A stretch of 27,856 bases of DNA from a virus (Duplodnaviria; Caudoviricetes): IMG/VR virus record IMGVR_UViG_3300032288_004305, positions 1 through 27,856 of that record. One strand, written 5' to 3'. The notes beneath the pieces are model-generated. The model ran no database searches. It was given only the letters and a program-made list of their open reading frames with translations, and was not told the origin of the DNA. Below are positions 1 through 9,066 of this stretch, piece by piece. The translations under genes were made by a program, and so were the position numbers. The first letter of the stretch is position 1, and each line of letters opens with the position of its first letter.

Positions 1-2
1 AC

Positions 3-2339
3 ATACCTCGCGGTGAGCGTTTTGAATCAGGTATGCAAGGTACATTGCAAAATAGAGTTATTGATACACAAACATATTACGGCTTATCTGATAGTCAAAA
101 GGATGAAGTAAATAGTCAGTTAATCGCTGTAAGTTCACGAGCTAATTTTCAACGATTTGCAAAAGAATACACAGACCAGAGTATGGAGAAGCTGTATCAA
201 CTTACACAGCAGCGGTTTACTCAATTTACAGATGCTAATGCGGTTAATGCGCTTACTGCATACAATGCTCCTGATGTTTCTGTACAAGCAACAATGGCTC
301 GTAATTATGGCGTACCCGTAGGCATTTCTCAGTTAACCACGCGCCAACGCATCGAACAAAATGCCATGCAAGTATTGAATCGATCTCAGTTTGTAGACGG
401 AGTTGAGTACGACAAGAGTGCGGGCGATAACATTAGAAACGCTCAATCTCAGGCAGTAAAAATACTTTTGAGTCAAATTCAAGCTTACAAAGAGCAAGAA
501 GATATTACGCGGCAATTTAACATTCAAGTTAAAGGAACGTACAGCAACTTTGTGCAAACAATGATGAATGCTGCTGACGGCGGAGAAATGCTCACAACCT
601 ACTTATCTCAAGGAAACCCCCGTGGTTTCTTAGAGTTAAGTCAGCAAATGAGTGGATTTAATGTACAAAGCTCGCTGCAGGATCGTGTGTTAATGAATAA
701 CGCAAATCTTTTTGGATACAACAATCTAACAACGTTCGGTGCGTCCGGTCCCGGATTTATTGCCCCATCTTACAATATGGGATACACTATGGGACCGCGT
801 GGAACAATAAAGTTTTCTGAAGATCTACTTAGTGATCCTTCAAAAATGCTTTATAATCCGGCAACAATTCAATCGGTTATAATGCAAGCTGCACAGGCTA
901 ACACTGAATTAGTAAACAGAAATATTCAATTTGGATTTCGTATGCGTGACGCAGATATTAATCGTAACCGCAGCCTTGAAGATATAAATCGAAATGGTAT
1001 GCGAACACTTGAAGATATTCATCGCAATTACACAAGAAATATGTTACAATTAACGCAGCAGGCTGAAGCGCAGAAGCGTCAGGGTACTGCGTCGTTTTAC
1101 ACTAACGCTGTTGGTGCAAACGTATCAGCGTCTGAAAAAGCTCGCATTACTGCAAAACGTGAGCAAGGCCAACAAGAAGCCTCCCATATTGGTGAAGCCG
1201 ACGTTGGAGGGTATCTTAAAACACCTGAGGGTATGCAGGACAGTGAACTACAAACTGCATTTGCTGAGTACAGTGCAGTGCCATGGGATAACTACGAAGT
1301 CAAACAAGCAGCGTGGAAAAAAGTAACTGATCTTCTTGAATCACGTAAAGCAGCAGCACAGGCTCGTTTTGATACTGCTACAAACACAGATGAAAAATCC
1401 GCCGCTCAATTGCAACTTGGTTACCTTGGCAGAAGTCCAGATCGTGAGATGAACTACCGTAAGTACGTTGACGATATGGCCAATCAGGAATTAGATTTTG
1501 CAGCACGAAAAGAGCAAGCGTTACGCAATCGCGATGATTTACAACGTGAGCGACGGCGACTGGAGCAGCAAGGCCCTGAATTGCAAAAAAGACTGGCCGA
1601 GGCAAAGACCCCAGAAGAAATTCGATCCGCTCAAGATGCTATCGAAGATAACAGAGTATCTCTTGAAAAAAATAGTCAGGCACTTCAGCAAAATGCAAAC
1701 GAAATTGACGCAGTGACAAAAACTGCACCTTTGTGGGCGGACAGCTGGAGAGAAGCTGGTAAGAACATTCTTGAGAGTACTCAGAGCACTATATCAGGAT
1801 TAGTAACTCAATTAGAAGATTTTAATCTTAAAAACGCTCAAACATTGGCCGATGCTTACTTAGGCTTTACTCGTGCAAAAGAAGATATGGTTCGATCCTT
1901 TGGTGACGCTGCTACAGAAATTGCGCTGGCGGTACCGGCTAAACTAGCGGGGGCGCTAGCTGCAACAACAAATTATCAGCGTGGACTTATGCAAGCAAAT
2001 ATACTGTATGATTCTGGAAAATACACAGAAGCAAAAGACACTATGAGCAGTGCAAATCGAGCGCTGGCCTTAGCTTTATATCCTGAAGGTACACAGGGAT
2101 ACAAAGACACAATGGCTGCGTTAGATAGTCAATCAAACAGGTTTACCGCCGAAGGTATGAAAAGCGCAGACGATAATTTAGGACCATCAAGTTTATCTGC
2201 CTACGGTACAACACTAAATGGTAAAAATGTACTGCGTGTTACAATCTTCGGTAGTGGTGAAGATCTCACTAAACCTACGCCGGACAACCCACCCCCAGAC
2301 GGAGGTCCGGGTAAAGATGGGTATACTCCTCGGGAATAA
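3..2339 (+). CDS. Tail tape measure protein, C-terminal part (5' truncated by window edge)
   Basis: Frame is open from position 3, upstream of the ATG at 33. The product is a long Ala/Gln-rich helical, coiled-coil-like protein lying directly before Dit-like and hub-like genes, the usual siphovirus order. Confidence 0.7.
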   Translation: MPRGERFESGMQGTLQNRVIDTQTYYGLSDSQKDEVNSQLIAVSSRANFQRFAKEYTDQSMEKLYQLTQQRFTQFTDANAVNALTAYNAPDVSVQATMARNYGVPVGISQLTTRQRIEQNAMQVLNRSQFVDGVEYDKSAGDNIRNAQSQAVKILLSQIQAYKEQEDITRQFNIQVKGTYSNFVQTMMNAADGGEMLTTYLSQGNPRGFLELSQQMSGFNVQSSLQDRVLMNNANLFGYNNLTTFGASGPGFIAPSYNMGYTMGPRGTIKFSEDLLSDPSKMLYNPATIQSVIMQAAQANTELVNRNIQFGFRMRDADINRNRSLEDINRNGMRTLEDIHRNYTRNMLQLTQQAEAQKRQGTASFYTNAVGANVSASEKARITAKREQGQQEASHIGEADVGGYLKTPEGMQDSELQTAFAEYSAVPWDNYEVKQAAWKKVTDLLESRKAAAQARFDTATNTDEKSAAQLQLGYLGRSPDREMNYRKYVDDMANQELDFAARKEQALRNRDDLQRERRRLEQQGPELQKRLAEAKTPEEIRSAQDAIEDNRVSLEKNSQALQQNANEIDAVTKTAPLWADSWREAGKNILESTQSTISGLVTQLEDFNLKNAQTLADAYLGFTRAKEDMVRSFGDAATEIALAVPAKLAGALAATTNYQRGLMQANILYDSGKYTEAKDTMSSANRALALALYPEGTQGYKDTMAALDSQSNRFTAEGMKSADDNLGPSSLSAYGTTLNGKNVLRVTIFGSGEDLTKPTPDNPPPDGGPGKDGYTPRE

Positions 2340-2350
2340 AAAAAACAAGC

Positions 2351-2382
2351 AACTCAGAGAGGGAAATTTCCCTCTCTGAGTT
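2351..2382. repeat. Perfect 32-bp palindrome AACTCAGAGAGGGAAATTTCCCTCTCTGAGTT
   Basis: The sequence equals its own reverse complement. It is intergenic, preceded by an A run (2338-2345) and followed by the AAGGAG RBS of the next gene. Confidence 0.95.
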
Positions 2383-2393
2383 AAAGGAGAAAT

Positions 2394-2810
2394 ATGACAT
2401 ATGAGTTAAGTCCGATATACTTTAGTGGCTATCAAGGAACAACCGTGTTCTATATGGACGCGAAAGCAAGCTCGGTTCAAAAAACCACGGTGACTTTTGG
2501 AGATAAGCTTGAAGCGGTAGACGGATCAGTACACTATATGCACCGTTCGTTTAAAGACCAGTGGACGTTTACATGGAACTTGATTCGTTACTCTGCACCA
2601 CAAGGCTACCCTCTTGCGACTGTAGAAAAACTAAAAGCGTTTTACCGCTCAGTTGCGTTATCTGGGACAAGCATTAACCTTGTTATTCAGGGTCAGACCT
2701 ATAATGTTATTCCTGACCCAAACTCATGGTCGGAGCAATTATCGGCCAATGAGGTAACGCTAACAAACGTTCCATATTACACAGTAAGTTTTAGAGTGGT
2801 GGAGATATGA
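2394..2810 (+). CDS. Distal tail (Dit)-like / minor tail protein
   Basis: 138 aa, AAGGAG RBS, directly after the tape measure. Beta-rich pattern ending YTVSFRVVEI resembles Dit-type proteins. Confidence 0.55.
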   Translation: MTYELSPIYFSGYQGTTVFYMDAKASSVQKTTVTFGDKLEAVDGSVHYMHRSFKDQWTFTWNLIRYSAPQGYPLATVEKLKAFYRSVALSGTSINLVIQGQTYNVIPDPNSWSEQLSANEVTLTNVPYYTVSFRVVEI

Positions 2811-4543
2811 ACTATCAACTTTCGTATCGTGTTTATGTTTCTGCGATTAATACTAAAGTAGATCAACCGGCAAATTTAATACCGAGTCAATATGTGCAGG
2901 ATATAGGCATATCGCACACTATGGCTACTGAACTGACCTCAGGTATTACTCTTGGGCAGATGGCACCTCCTGAGTGTTCAATAACGCTTATTAAATCCGC
3001 GTATAATTTTTTTGCGGATCGACAATATAACTGGAGATTAGCCAATGTTCTTGTACTCTATTCAATAGATGCCCTTAACTTCTACCCTGCTTTTGCTGGA
3101 TTCTTAGAGTCACGTCAGGAAAGTCTGACACAGGTGACATTTAAAGCTTGTGGGTATTTACGGCATGTAGAGTACTATAAGCATCTCACACCTTTGTGGG
3201 AGAATAAACCTGCCGCTACCGTTATACCTGATCCACCAACACCTTACTCAACATCAGTAAGCGGTATCTGGGGGCAGTTGTATAATTCTCAAAATCCTAC
3301 CACGCTTAGTGGTACCACAATAGGAACAATTAATACAGTATTCTGGCTATGCGGAGGCAGGCCGTACAAGTATAAGACTTTTTTAGAAGAGACCAATCAA
3401 ATTCCACGGTTTTACTTTGACTGTGACGCGTCTATAATTTCCCCTCGGTTTACGTGGTTGAATCGCGAAGACATTCTACAAGATTTAACCGCTTTAGCTA
3501 TTGCAGGCGGCGGTCAGCTAACGCAATCAGCGAATGGTGTAGTGCAGTTTGTAAATGCCCTTTCGTTTACAAAATCAAAAAATAATTTTACAATTACTGA
3601 TTCAATGTTTTCTTCTTTATCTATCGATGACGAGGCTGCGGTGACGTTTGGTAAAGTTATCACAACGTTCTCGCCGCGTTTTCTCGGTGCAAATAAAGCA
3701 CTTATTGATGCTAGTTTAAGTAAGTATCTACCGTACGGCGAGGAGTATGTTCACGATATTGAATTTCCGCAACCAGTTAGTAGGTTAACTAACAACACAT
3801 ACTATGGCTCGGGAATTAGTTTTGCAGCTAGCGGCGGTTACTTTGGAATTGATGAGTACATTACAAGTCGCGATTTTGTAAAAGCAGTTGATTTTAACGG
3901 CGACACTGCCTCTGTCTCTCTAAAAGTTCCACGATTAAATGAAGTAATGTATCCTAAAAATAAATGGTTTTGGGATTCAGTGGCTGCGTCCGGTTACTGG
4001 ACAGTCATTGAGGACGTTACAAAGACACCCGGACAGTTTATGCAGGTGTTTGTCCGTAATGACGACGTAGGTCGTGGTTTATACTTAAGTAAATTAACAC
4101 TTTACGGAATTCCTTTAATTGCCGGTGAACAACAAACAATCAAAAAAGATATACCGATTGTGTTTAGCGGGCTTGTACAGACTGGTATTATTCCCTCCGG
4201 TTTTAGAGAAATCCGTATGAGTGAGAATGCATATGTTCAATCAAAGGATCACGCGATGCGTATGCTTGAAATTGTAAAGTATCTTCATAAACGACCTAGA
4301 CCTGTACATCGATTTACTGACTTGGTTTATAATCCGACATTGGCCTTAGGGGAAATTGTTTCTGTTAATAGTACGTTTTACCAAGTTAAGGGTAAGTACA
4401 AAATTGTTGAAATTATTGTTAAAAATACAGGAGCGCGTATGGATCTTGCTTGTGTAGACGTAAACGATCTAGCAGAGCGCGAAGATTTTTTTATAATTGG
4501 TAACAGCTATCAGGCTACTGATACAAAGTTACTTTCATTTTAA
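2807..4543 (+). CDS. Tail tip / baseplate hub (Tal-like) protein
   Basis: 578 aa, ATGA overlap with the Dit-like gene. The C-terminal SENAYVQS...NPTLALGEIVSV...YKIVEI pattern is typical of hub proteins. Confidence 0.55.
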   Translation: MNYQLSYRVYVSAINTKVDQPANLIPSQYVQDIGISHTMATELTSGITLGQMAPPECSITLIKSAYNFFADRQYNWRLANVLVLYSIDALNFYPAFAGFLESRQESLTQVTFKACGYLRHVEYYKHLTPLWENKPAATVIPDPPTPYSTSVSGIWGQLYNSQNPTTLSGTTIGTINTVFWLCGGRPYKYKTFLEETNQIPRFYFDCDASIISPRFTWLNREDILQDLTALAIAGGGQLTQSANGVVQFVNALSFTKSKNNFTITDSMFSSLSIDDEAAVTFGKVITTFSPRFLGANKALIDASLSKYLPYGEEYVHDIEFPQPVSRLTNNTYYGSGISFAASGGYFGIDEYITSRDFVKAVDFNGDTASVSLKVPRLNEVMYPKNKWFWDSVAASGYWTVIEDVTKTPGQFMQVFVRNDDVGRGLYLSKLTLYGIPLIAGEQQTIKKDIPIVFSGLVQTGIIPSGFREIRMSENAYVQSKDHAMRMLEIVKYLHKRPRPVHRFTDLVYNPTLALGEIVSVNSTFYQVKGKYKIVEIIVKNTGARMDLACVDVNDLAEREDFFIIGNSYQATDTKLLSF

Positions 4544-4555
4544 GGAGGAGATGTC

Positions 4556-6844
4556 ATGATTTTTGCGCTTTCGACTCTTCCATCACTATTTGATGGGCAA
4601 GAGTTATCGGCCGCTGATTTAAATAATTTAGCACAAAATACTGAAGTTCTTGAGCAGATTGTAAACGGACCTGATCGTCTCTTTCTTAGCAGCTGGGCGT
4701 ACGCACCTCCGATGTTTTTTCTAAGTAATACCGGAGATATTAGCGTTACGGGTAATGATGGTAAGGTAATTACGCTTAGCGGCAAGAAATTCCGCTTTTC
4801 TGAGATTGACGTATGGGAAGGTAGTTTTGTGTACAGAGAAGGTATGCACACACTACGAGTCGCTTTTCAATCGTATCGCGCAAACTACAGCGCAAATGGA
4901 AAATTATTTCGTCACGTAGACGGAAAGATGGGTAGTATTTGCTTATTCACTACTTTAAAGTATACTGACGTACCAATTCACGAACAAATAAAAAATCAGA
5001 CTAAATATGGTAAATACAATAGAATATGGCGATACAATCCTAATATTGCGTTTGGTTCTCCAGTAAACACTTTTGAAGAACTTACGCTTGCCGCAAATCA
5101 TACAAATATTTCGTATGCTTCAATTGATCTTACTAATTTAGATTTGACTCCGGGTGAGGTAGTAAGTATAAAGTTTCGTATTGCACCGTATAATACAACA
5201 TCTAACAATCCTAATAGAGACGCCGACAATGCTACGTCCACGTACTATTTTAGTATGATCTATGCAAATATAGATCACTCTGTTGTACCGAACACATGGC
5301 AGAATTTAGAATCGATTCAATCGTTGTCTGATATAAAAACCTTAATTAAAAATCAACAGTATCTAGTTAATTATTTCAAAGTTTATGATAATCCACTACG
5401 AGTTGCATTGTGGGATCAAGTACTTGTCGGCTCTAATTTTCATGTTTTTAAGTCTGTTCGAGAATACAATATGTTAAATTATTTGTACGGGTTAATTCAA
5501 AACTGGAATTATCTAAGTGCCAGCAGAGTGGCTCAACAAGCACGTTATTATACTCAAAAACGCTTTGATTTAAAGAATACAATACGAGTAAGCTATGCCA
5601 CAAGCACAAACACACTTACTCGATTTACAATGTTAGGTATCTTGTCTAAGAAAGTAACAAGCGCTGCTTGGTATAGATATGATTTAGATAAAGAAAGTAA
5701 GGCTGCTGTTCCTCAGTGGTATTCTACAGTACTTAATAATAAGGCAGTCTCCTTTTCTAAAATGGAGGGAAAGGTCGCTCGTCAAGGCCTTCTTCAAACC
5801 ATGGGTCCTAGTAGTAGATCACCGGCTGTAAGTATCACAACACCGCCAAATTTTCCTGATCCCGGGTATTTTCTTTTTTATGCGGGTTCGTCAGCCGGAT
5901 TAGAAAACAACGCAAATTACGGGGCCTCGTTTGCTCCGGAGTTTAACGGTTTTTACTTTATTAATCCGTCTACATTTAATCCGGTATCCTACTATAATAA
6001 TGCCGCAACTACTGTACTGGGAACAAGCATTGACTTTTTTAAACGTGGTTCAGATAATAACGCATTGTATTATGCGGATTCTTTCAATTTCTCACTTATT
6101 CCCCAAATTGAGAATACAAATAGATTTTATCCTTTAATCTATCAGGCTTACAGTGGTTTAAGTAATCATTCCTCCTATTACATAGAAAGTAGCGATGATT
6201 ACTGCGATTTCTCTGTTGATCTGCAAGAATCAGCAGAAGGAGCTACGTACTCAAAAGCAAGTTATATTGGAACGTTTCGTTTAACAGACGTTTCAAGAAT
6301 CAACACAGAATATAATCTTGATGTATTTGAAAGGTATAATTCATTTAATTCAATTACTTATAGTGGGCTACTTAATCATCTTAATGAAATAAACACTCGA
6401 CTTAATTCAGTTAAACTGCTTACTGAACAGCTTGATATTTATCGTTATATTCCTGTGTTCTGGACAAAACCTAAAAGTTTTTTAAATCATCATGACAAGT
6501 ATATGAATGCCGGCTCTACCTCAAATGACGCTGATAGATTCTATTCTAAATTGGAGCGCGCTACGGTTTACTACTCAAATACGCGTCAGGCCGACTATCT
6601 AATTGTTCGTGGGACTAATATACGTATTGGGTGGGGTGGTTTTGATAAAGTTTACCGAGATAATCCAGTAGCAACTTGGCCCGCTGCACTTCAATTTGAG
6701 TTTTTAAAAGAGCAGTCACTTTGCGGTGACGTTTTAGAAACTATTGTACTTGGATTTGACTCTTTAGAAGGTCTTTCTCATGGCGAACGCTACTACTTAC
6801 AAGGCGATGTCCGATATGCCGCAGAGACTATGGGGGTGCCTTAA
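4556..6844 (+). CDS. Large putative tail/baseplate structural protein, function unknown
   Basis: 762 aa, AAGGAGG RBS. N-terminal DGQELSAADLNNL resembles baseplate/fibre anchor motifs; lies in the tail module. Confidence 0.45.
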   Translation: MIFALSTLPSLFDGQELSAADLNNLAQNTEVLEQIVNGPDRLFLSSWAYAPPMFFLSNTGDISVTGNDGKVITLSGKKFRFSEIDVWEGSFVYREGMHTLRVAFQSYRANYSANGKLFRHVDGKMGSICLFTTLKYTDVPIHEQIKNQTKYGKYNRIWRYNPNIAFGSPVNTFEELTLAANHTNISYASIDLTNLDLTPGEVVSIKFRIAPYNTTSNNPNRDADNATSTYYFSMIYANIDHSVVPNTWQNLESIQSLSDIKTLIKNQQYLVNYFKVYDNPLRVALWDQVLVGSNFHVFKSVREYNMLNYLYGLIQNWNYLSASRVAQQARYYTQKRFDLKNTIRVSYATSTNTLTRFTMLGILSKKVTSAAWYRYDLDKESKAAVPQWYSTVLNNKAVSFSKMEGKVARQGLLQTMGPSSRSPAVSITTPPNFPDPGYFLFYAGSSAGLENNANYGASFAPEFNGFYFINPSTFNPVSYYNNAATTVLGTSIDFFKRGSDNNALYYADSFNFSLIPQIENTNRFYPLIYQAYSGLSNHSSYYIESSDDYCDFSVDLQESAEGATYSKASYIGTFRLTDVSRINTEYNLDVFERYNSFNSITYSGLLNHLNEINTRLNSVKLLTEQLDIYRYIPVFWTKPKSFLNHHDKYMNAGSTSNDADRFYSKLERATVYYSNTRQADYLIVRGTNIRIGWGGFDKVYRDNPVATWPAALQFEFLKEQSLCGDVLETIVLGFDSLEGLSHGERYYLQGDVRYAAETMGVP

Positions 6845-9066
6845 TGTCAGATAACAAACGTAGATCCCTTCCAAGAATTGATAATAACTATCAGATAGAT
6901 CTTCGCTATCCAGATATCAATGATTTTCTCAAAGACACTTCCTTTGCACTTTTAGATAATCAGACAACAGAGATTTCTAGAATATCTAATGTCCAGTTAA
7001 TTTACAGCAGCGCTCGGTCGGCACAGCAGGTAATGATTAACTCGTTTGTTACTTTTTTTAAGTTAAGTGATGTAATCATTTTTGCGTTTACCGAAGATCA
7101 AGAGTTATTGTACGATTTTTTAATAGTCCCTTCGCTGTTAAACGTTCAACTTACACAATTCACAGCAACTCGTTCTAATCAAGAGGCACTTGTTCAATCC
7201 GTTCAGAATTACGCAAATGCTAATTTAACTGATGCTGCAAATTTTAATATCCAAATTAGTGCTAGTAAGATTGCTTCTCTTTTGACTGACGCTTTGCACT
7301 ATAAATTACAAAGTATTCTCGCAGCATTAGATTCAGTAGAAATAGGAGACCCGTACGTTTATTTTAGAAATAACTTATCTAGCTTAACAATGCAACTTGA
7401 TTTTTTGTATCGATCTACAAGTTCGAGTGAGTATCAAACAGGATTTTCTCTGCAAGTAAAGTTTGAGTATTTAGTTCAAGTAGAGTCACCTGAGCCACTT
7501 GTTTCAAGTGCCTCTGTATCTGTCCCGGTCTACAATAAAAACAGTAATCAACTTTCAATTCTTCTTAACGGGAAATTTACTCGATCGGGTCAACTTTCTT
7601 TTTCTTTTTTGAAAAACAATTTATTGACTAATAGTTCTTTAAAATTACCTATAACAACCAACACGTTATTTACTGCAAACGAGTCTTTAGGTATGAGTGA
7701 CTACGTTATTGATGCGGTTAGTGGTCTTTACATAGATCAGCCTAAATTGACATATAATTACTTTTTTAAACCTGATTCCACTACGGTTACTTATACGGGA
7801 GTATTTTTTTCAAATTTTACACATAAACCGACAACATCAAAGTTAAATTTAGATACTAGTAATTATACCTGCTCTTACAAAGCTGAAAATAATCTCTACA
7901 ATGTAACAATTGGTCTTAGAGTTACACCAGTTAGTACTTCAGCTGGGATTTTTAATCAGCTTCTTCATGAAAGTACCAGTGAACCTAAAAATCCGGTGCA
8001 GCTACGGTATCAATTAAAACTGAGTGAGTATGTTATGAAAGAAAATTTACGAGGAATCGAGTTAGATACTGCCTCTGGACAATTATTGATAATTGGGTCA
8101 GTGAGTAAGAGGACGGCAAGCCCAGCGTCTCAGTTCACTGCTTTTAAAAGCGGCTCACACTCTAATACTTACTCTTCAACTCAAGTTGAAGCAGATGGTG
8201 TCTTTTTCCAAAAGTGTAGTATTCGTGTAGGTAAGTCGTTTGTTAATCAAGCCGATTATACTTCAGTCAGTCTTAGCAATATCGAGACTTCGTTTCAAGT
8301 GTCCGCCGATCGTTCGGCACCGTTAAGTACAACTAACATAAACGTGGTGGATATCTTGTTTAAGTGGACTAATCTTACCAGCACTGAATTAGCTGCGCTT
8401 TACCTTATGACAACTAGTAAACAACTGTCGTTTACTTTTTACGATTCTTTTTTTAACGAATTAGCAACTTCTGCCTTTACTAACATACCCACCGTCGTTA
8501 CGCGGGCGGAGTCACCGTTTATTAATCCCCAGCAGTGGGTGTTTTACGGACAAATTACCGGATCTTCTATTTTCCAACCTAAGTCGTTAATTCCATCCAC
8601 TGCATTAACAGTAAATGGCACACCGCTTGATGTTGTAAATCAACTACGCGCCATCTCGGCTACAACGTTTGATTTTGATAGTATCTCGGTACCAATAAAC
8701 GAATCATTTTCGTTTAATACTAAATTGATTTGTATTGCAGAGTATGCTCAGATAGTAAATAAAGTCGAAACATACAAATACTCGACTATTAATCTACCGT
8801 TGGTCGAGGGGGTACATTACTCAATTGAAAAGTTTTTAATAGGTGGCTCTCAAATAAGAAAGATACTTATAAGCAGCGATCAGAGAAAACTAATAGCTAA
8901 GGCACTTCAATTTACAACAAATCAAAAATACAGGTTAAGTATCTTGCTTCCTTTTGACTTTGTTAGACAGTATGGAGTAGCTAATGTGACAAAACATCTT
9001 GTTCGTTCGACTTTGTCACTGCCGACTAACAAATATACTTACGGTTATATATGGAGGGTCAAATGA
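6844..9066 (+). CDS. Large Ser/Thr-rich hypothetical protein, probably virion-associated
   Basis: 740-aa ORF coupled by TAATG overlap, AT-rich, no recognisable motif. The structural role is inferred from position only. Confidence 0.4.
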   Translation: MSDNKRRSLPRIDNNYQIDLRYPDINDFLKDTSFALLDNQTTEISRISNVQLIYSSARSAQQVMINSFVTFFKLSDVIIFAFTEDQELLYDFLIVPSLLNVQLTQFTATRSNQEALVQSVQNYANANLTDAANFNIQISASKIASLLTDALHYKLQSILAALDSVEIGDPYVYFRNNLSSLTMQLDFLYRSTSSSEYQTGFSLQVKFEYLVQVESPEPLVSSASVSVPVYNKNSNQLSILLNGKFTRSGQLSFSFLKNNLLTNSSLKLPITTNTLFTANESLGMSDYVIDAVSGLYIDQPKLTYNYFFKPDSTTVTYTGVFFSNFTHKPTTSKLNLDTSNYTCSYKAENNLYNVTIGLRVTPVSTSAGIFNQLLHESTSEPKNPVQLRYQLKLSEYVMKENLRGIELDTASGQLLIIGSVSKRTASPASQFTAFKSGSHSNTYSSTQVEADGVFFQKCSIRVGKSFVNQADYTSVSLSNIETSFQVSADRSAPLSTTNINVVDILFKWTNLTSTELAALYLMTTSKQLSFTFYDSFFNELATSAFTNIPTVVTRAESPFINPQQWVFYGQITGSSIFQPKSLIPSTALTVNGTPLDVVNQLRAISATTFDFDSISVPINESFSFNTKLICIAEYAQIVNKVETYKYSTINLPLVEGVHYSIEKFLIGGSQIRKILISSDQRKLIAKALQFTTNQKYRLSILLPFDFVRQYGVANVTKHLVRSTLSLPTNKYTYGYIWRVK

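Noticed and set aside
7595-7617. T-rich run with possible slippery heptamer T TTT TTG in the 740-aa gene
   Set aside because: The ORF is intact, I saw no stimulatory structure, and such runs are common in this AT-rich gene.
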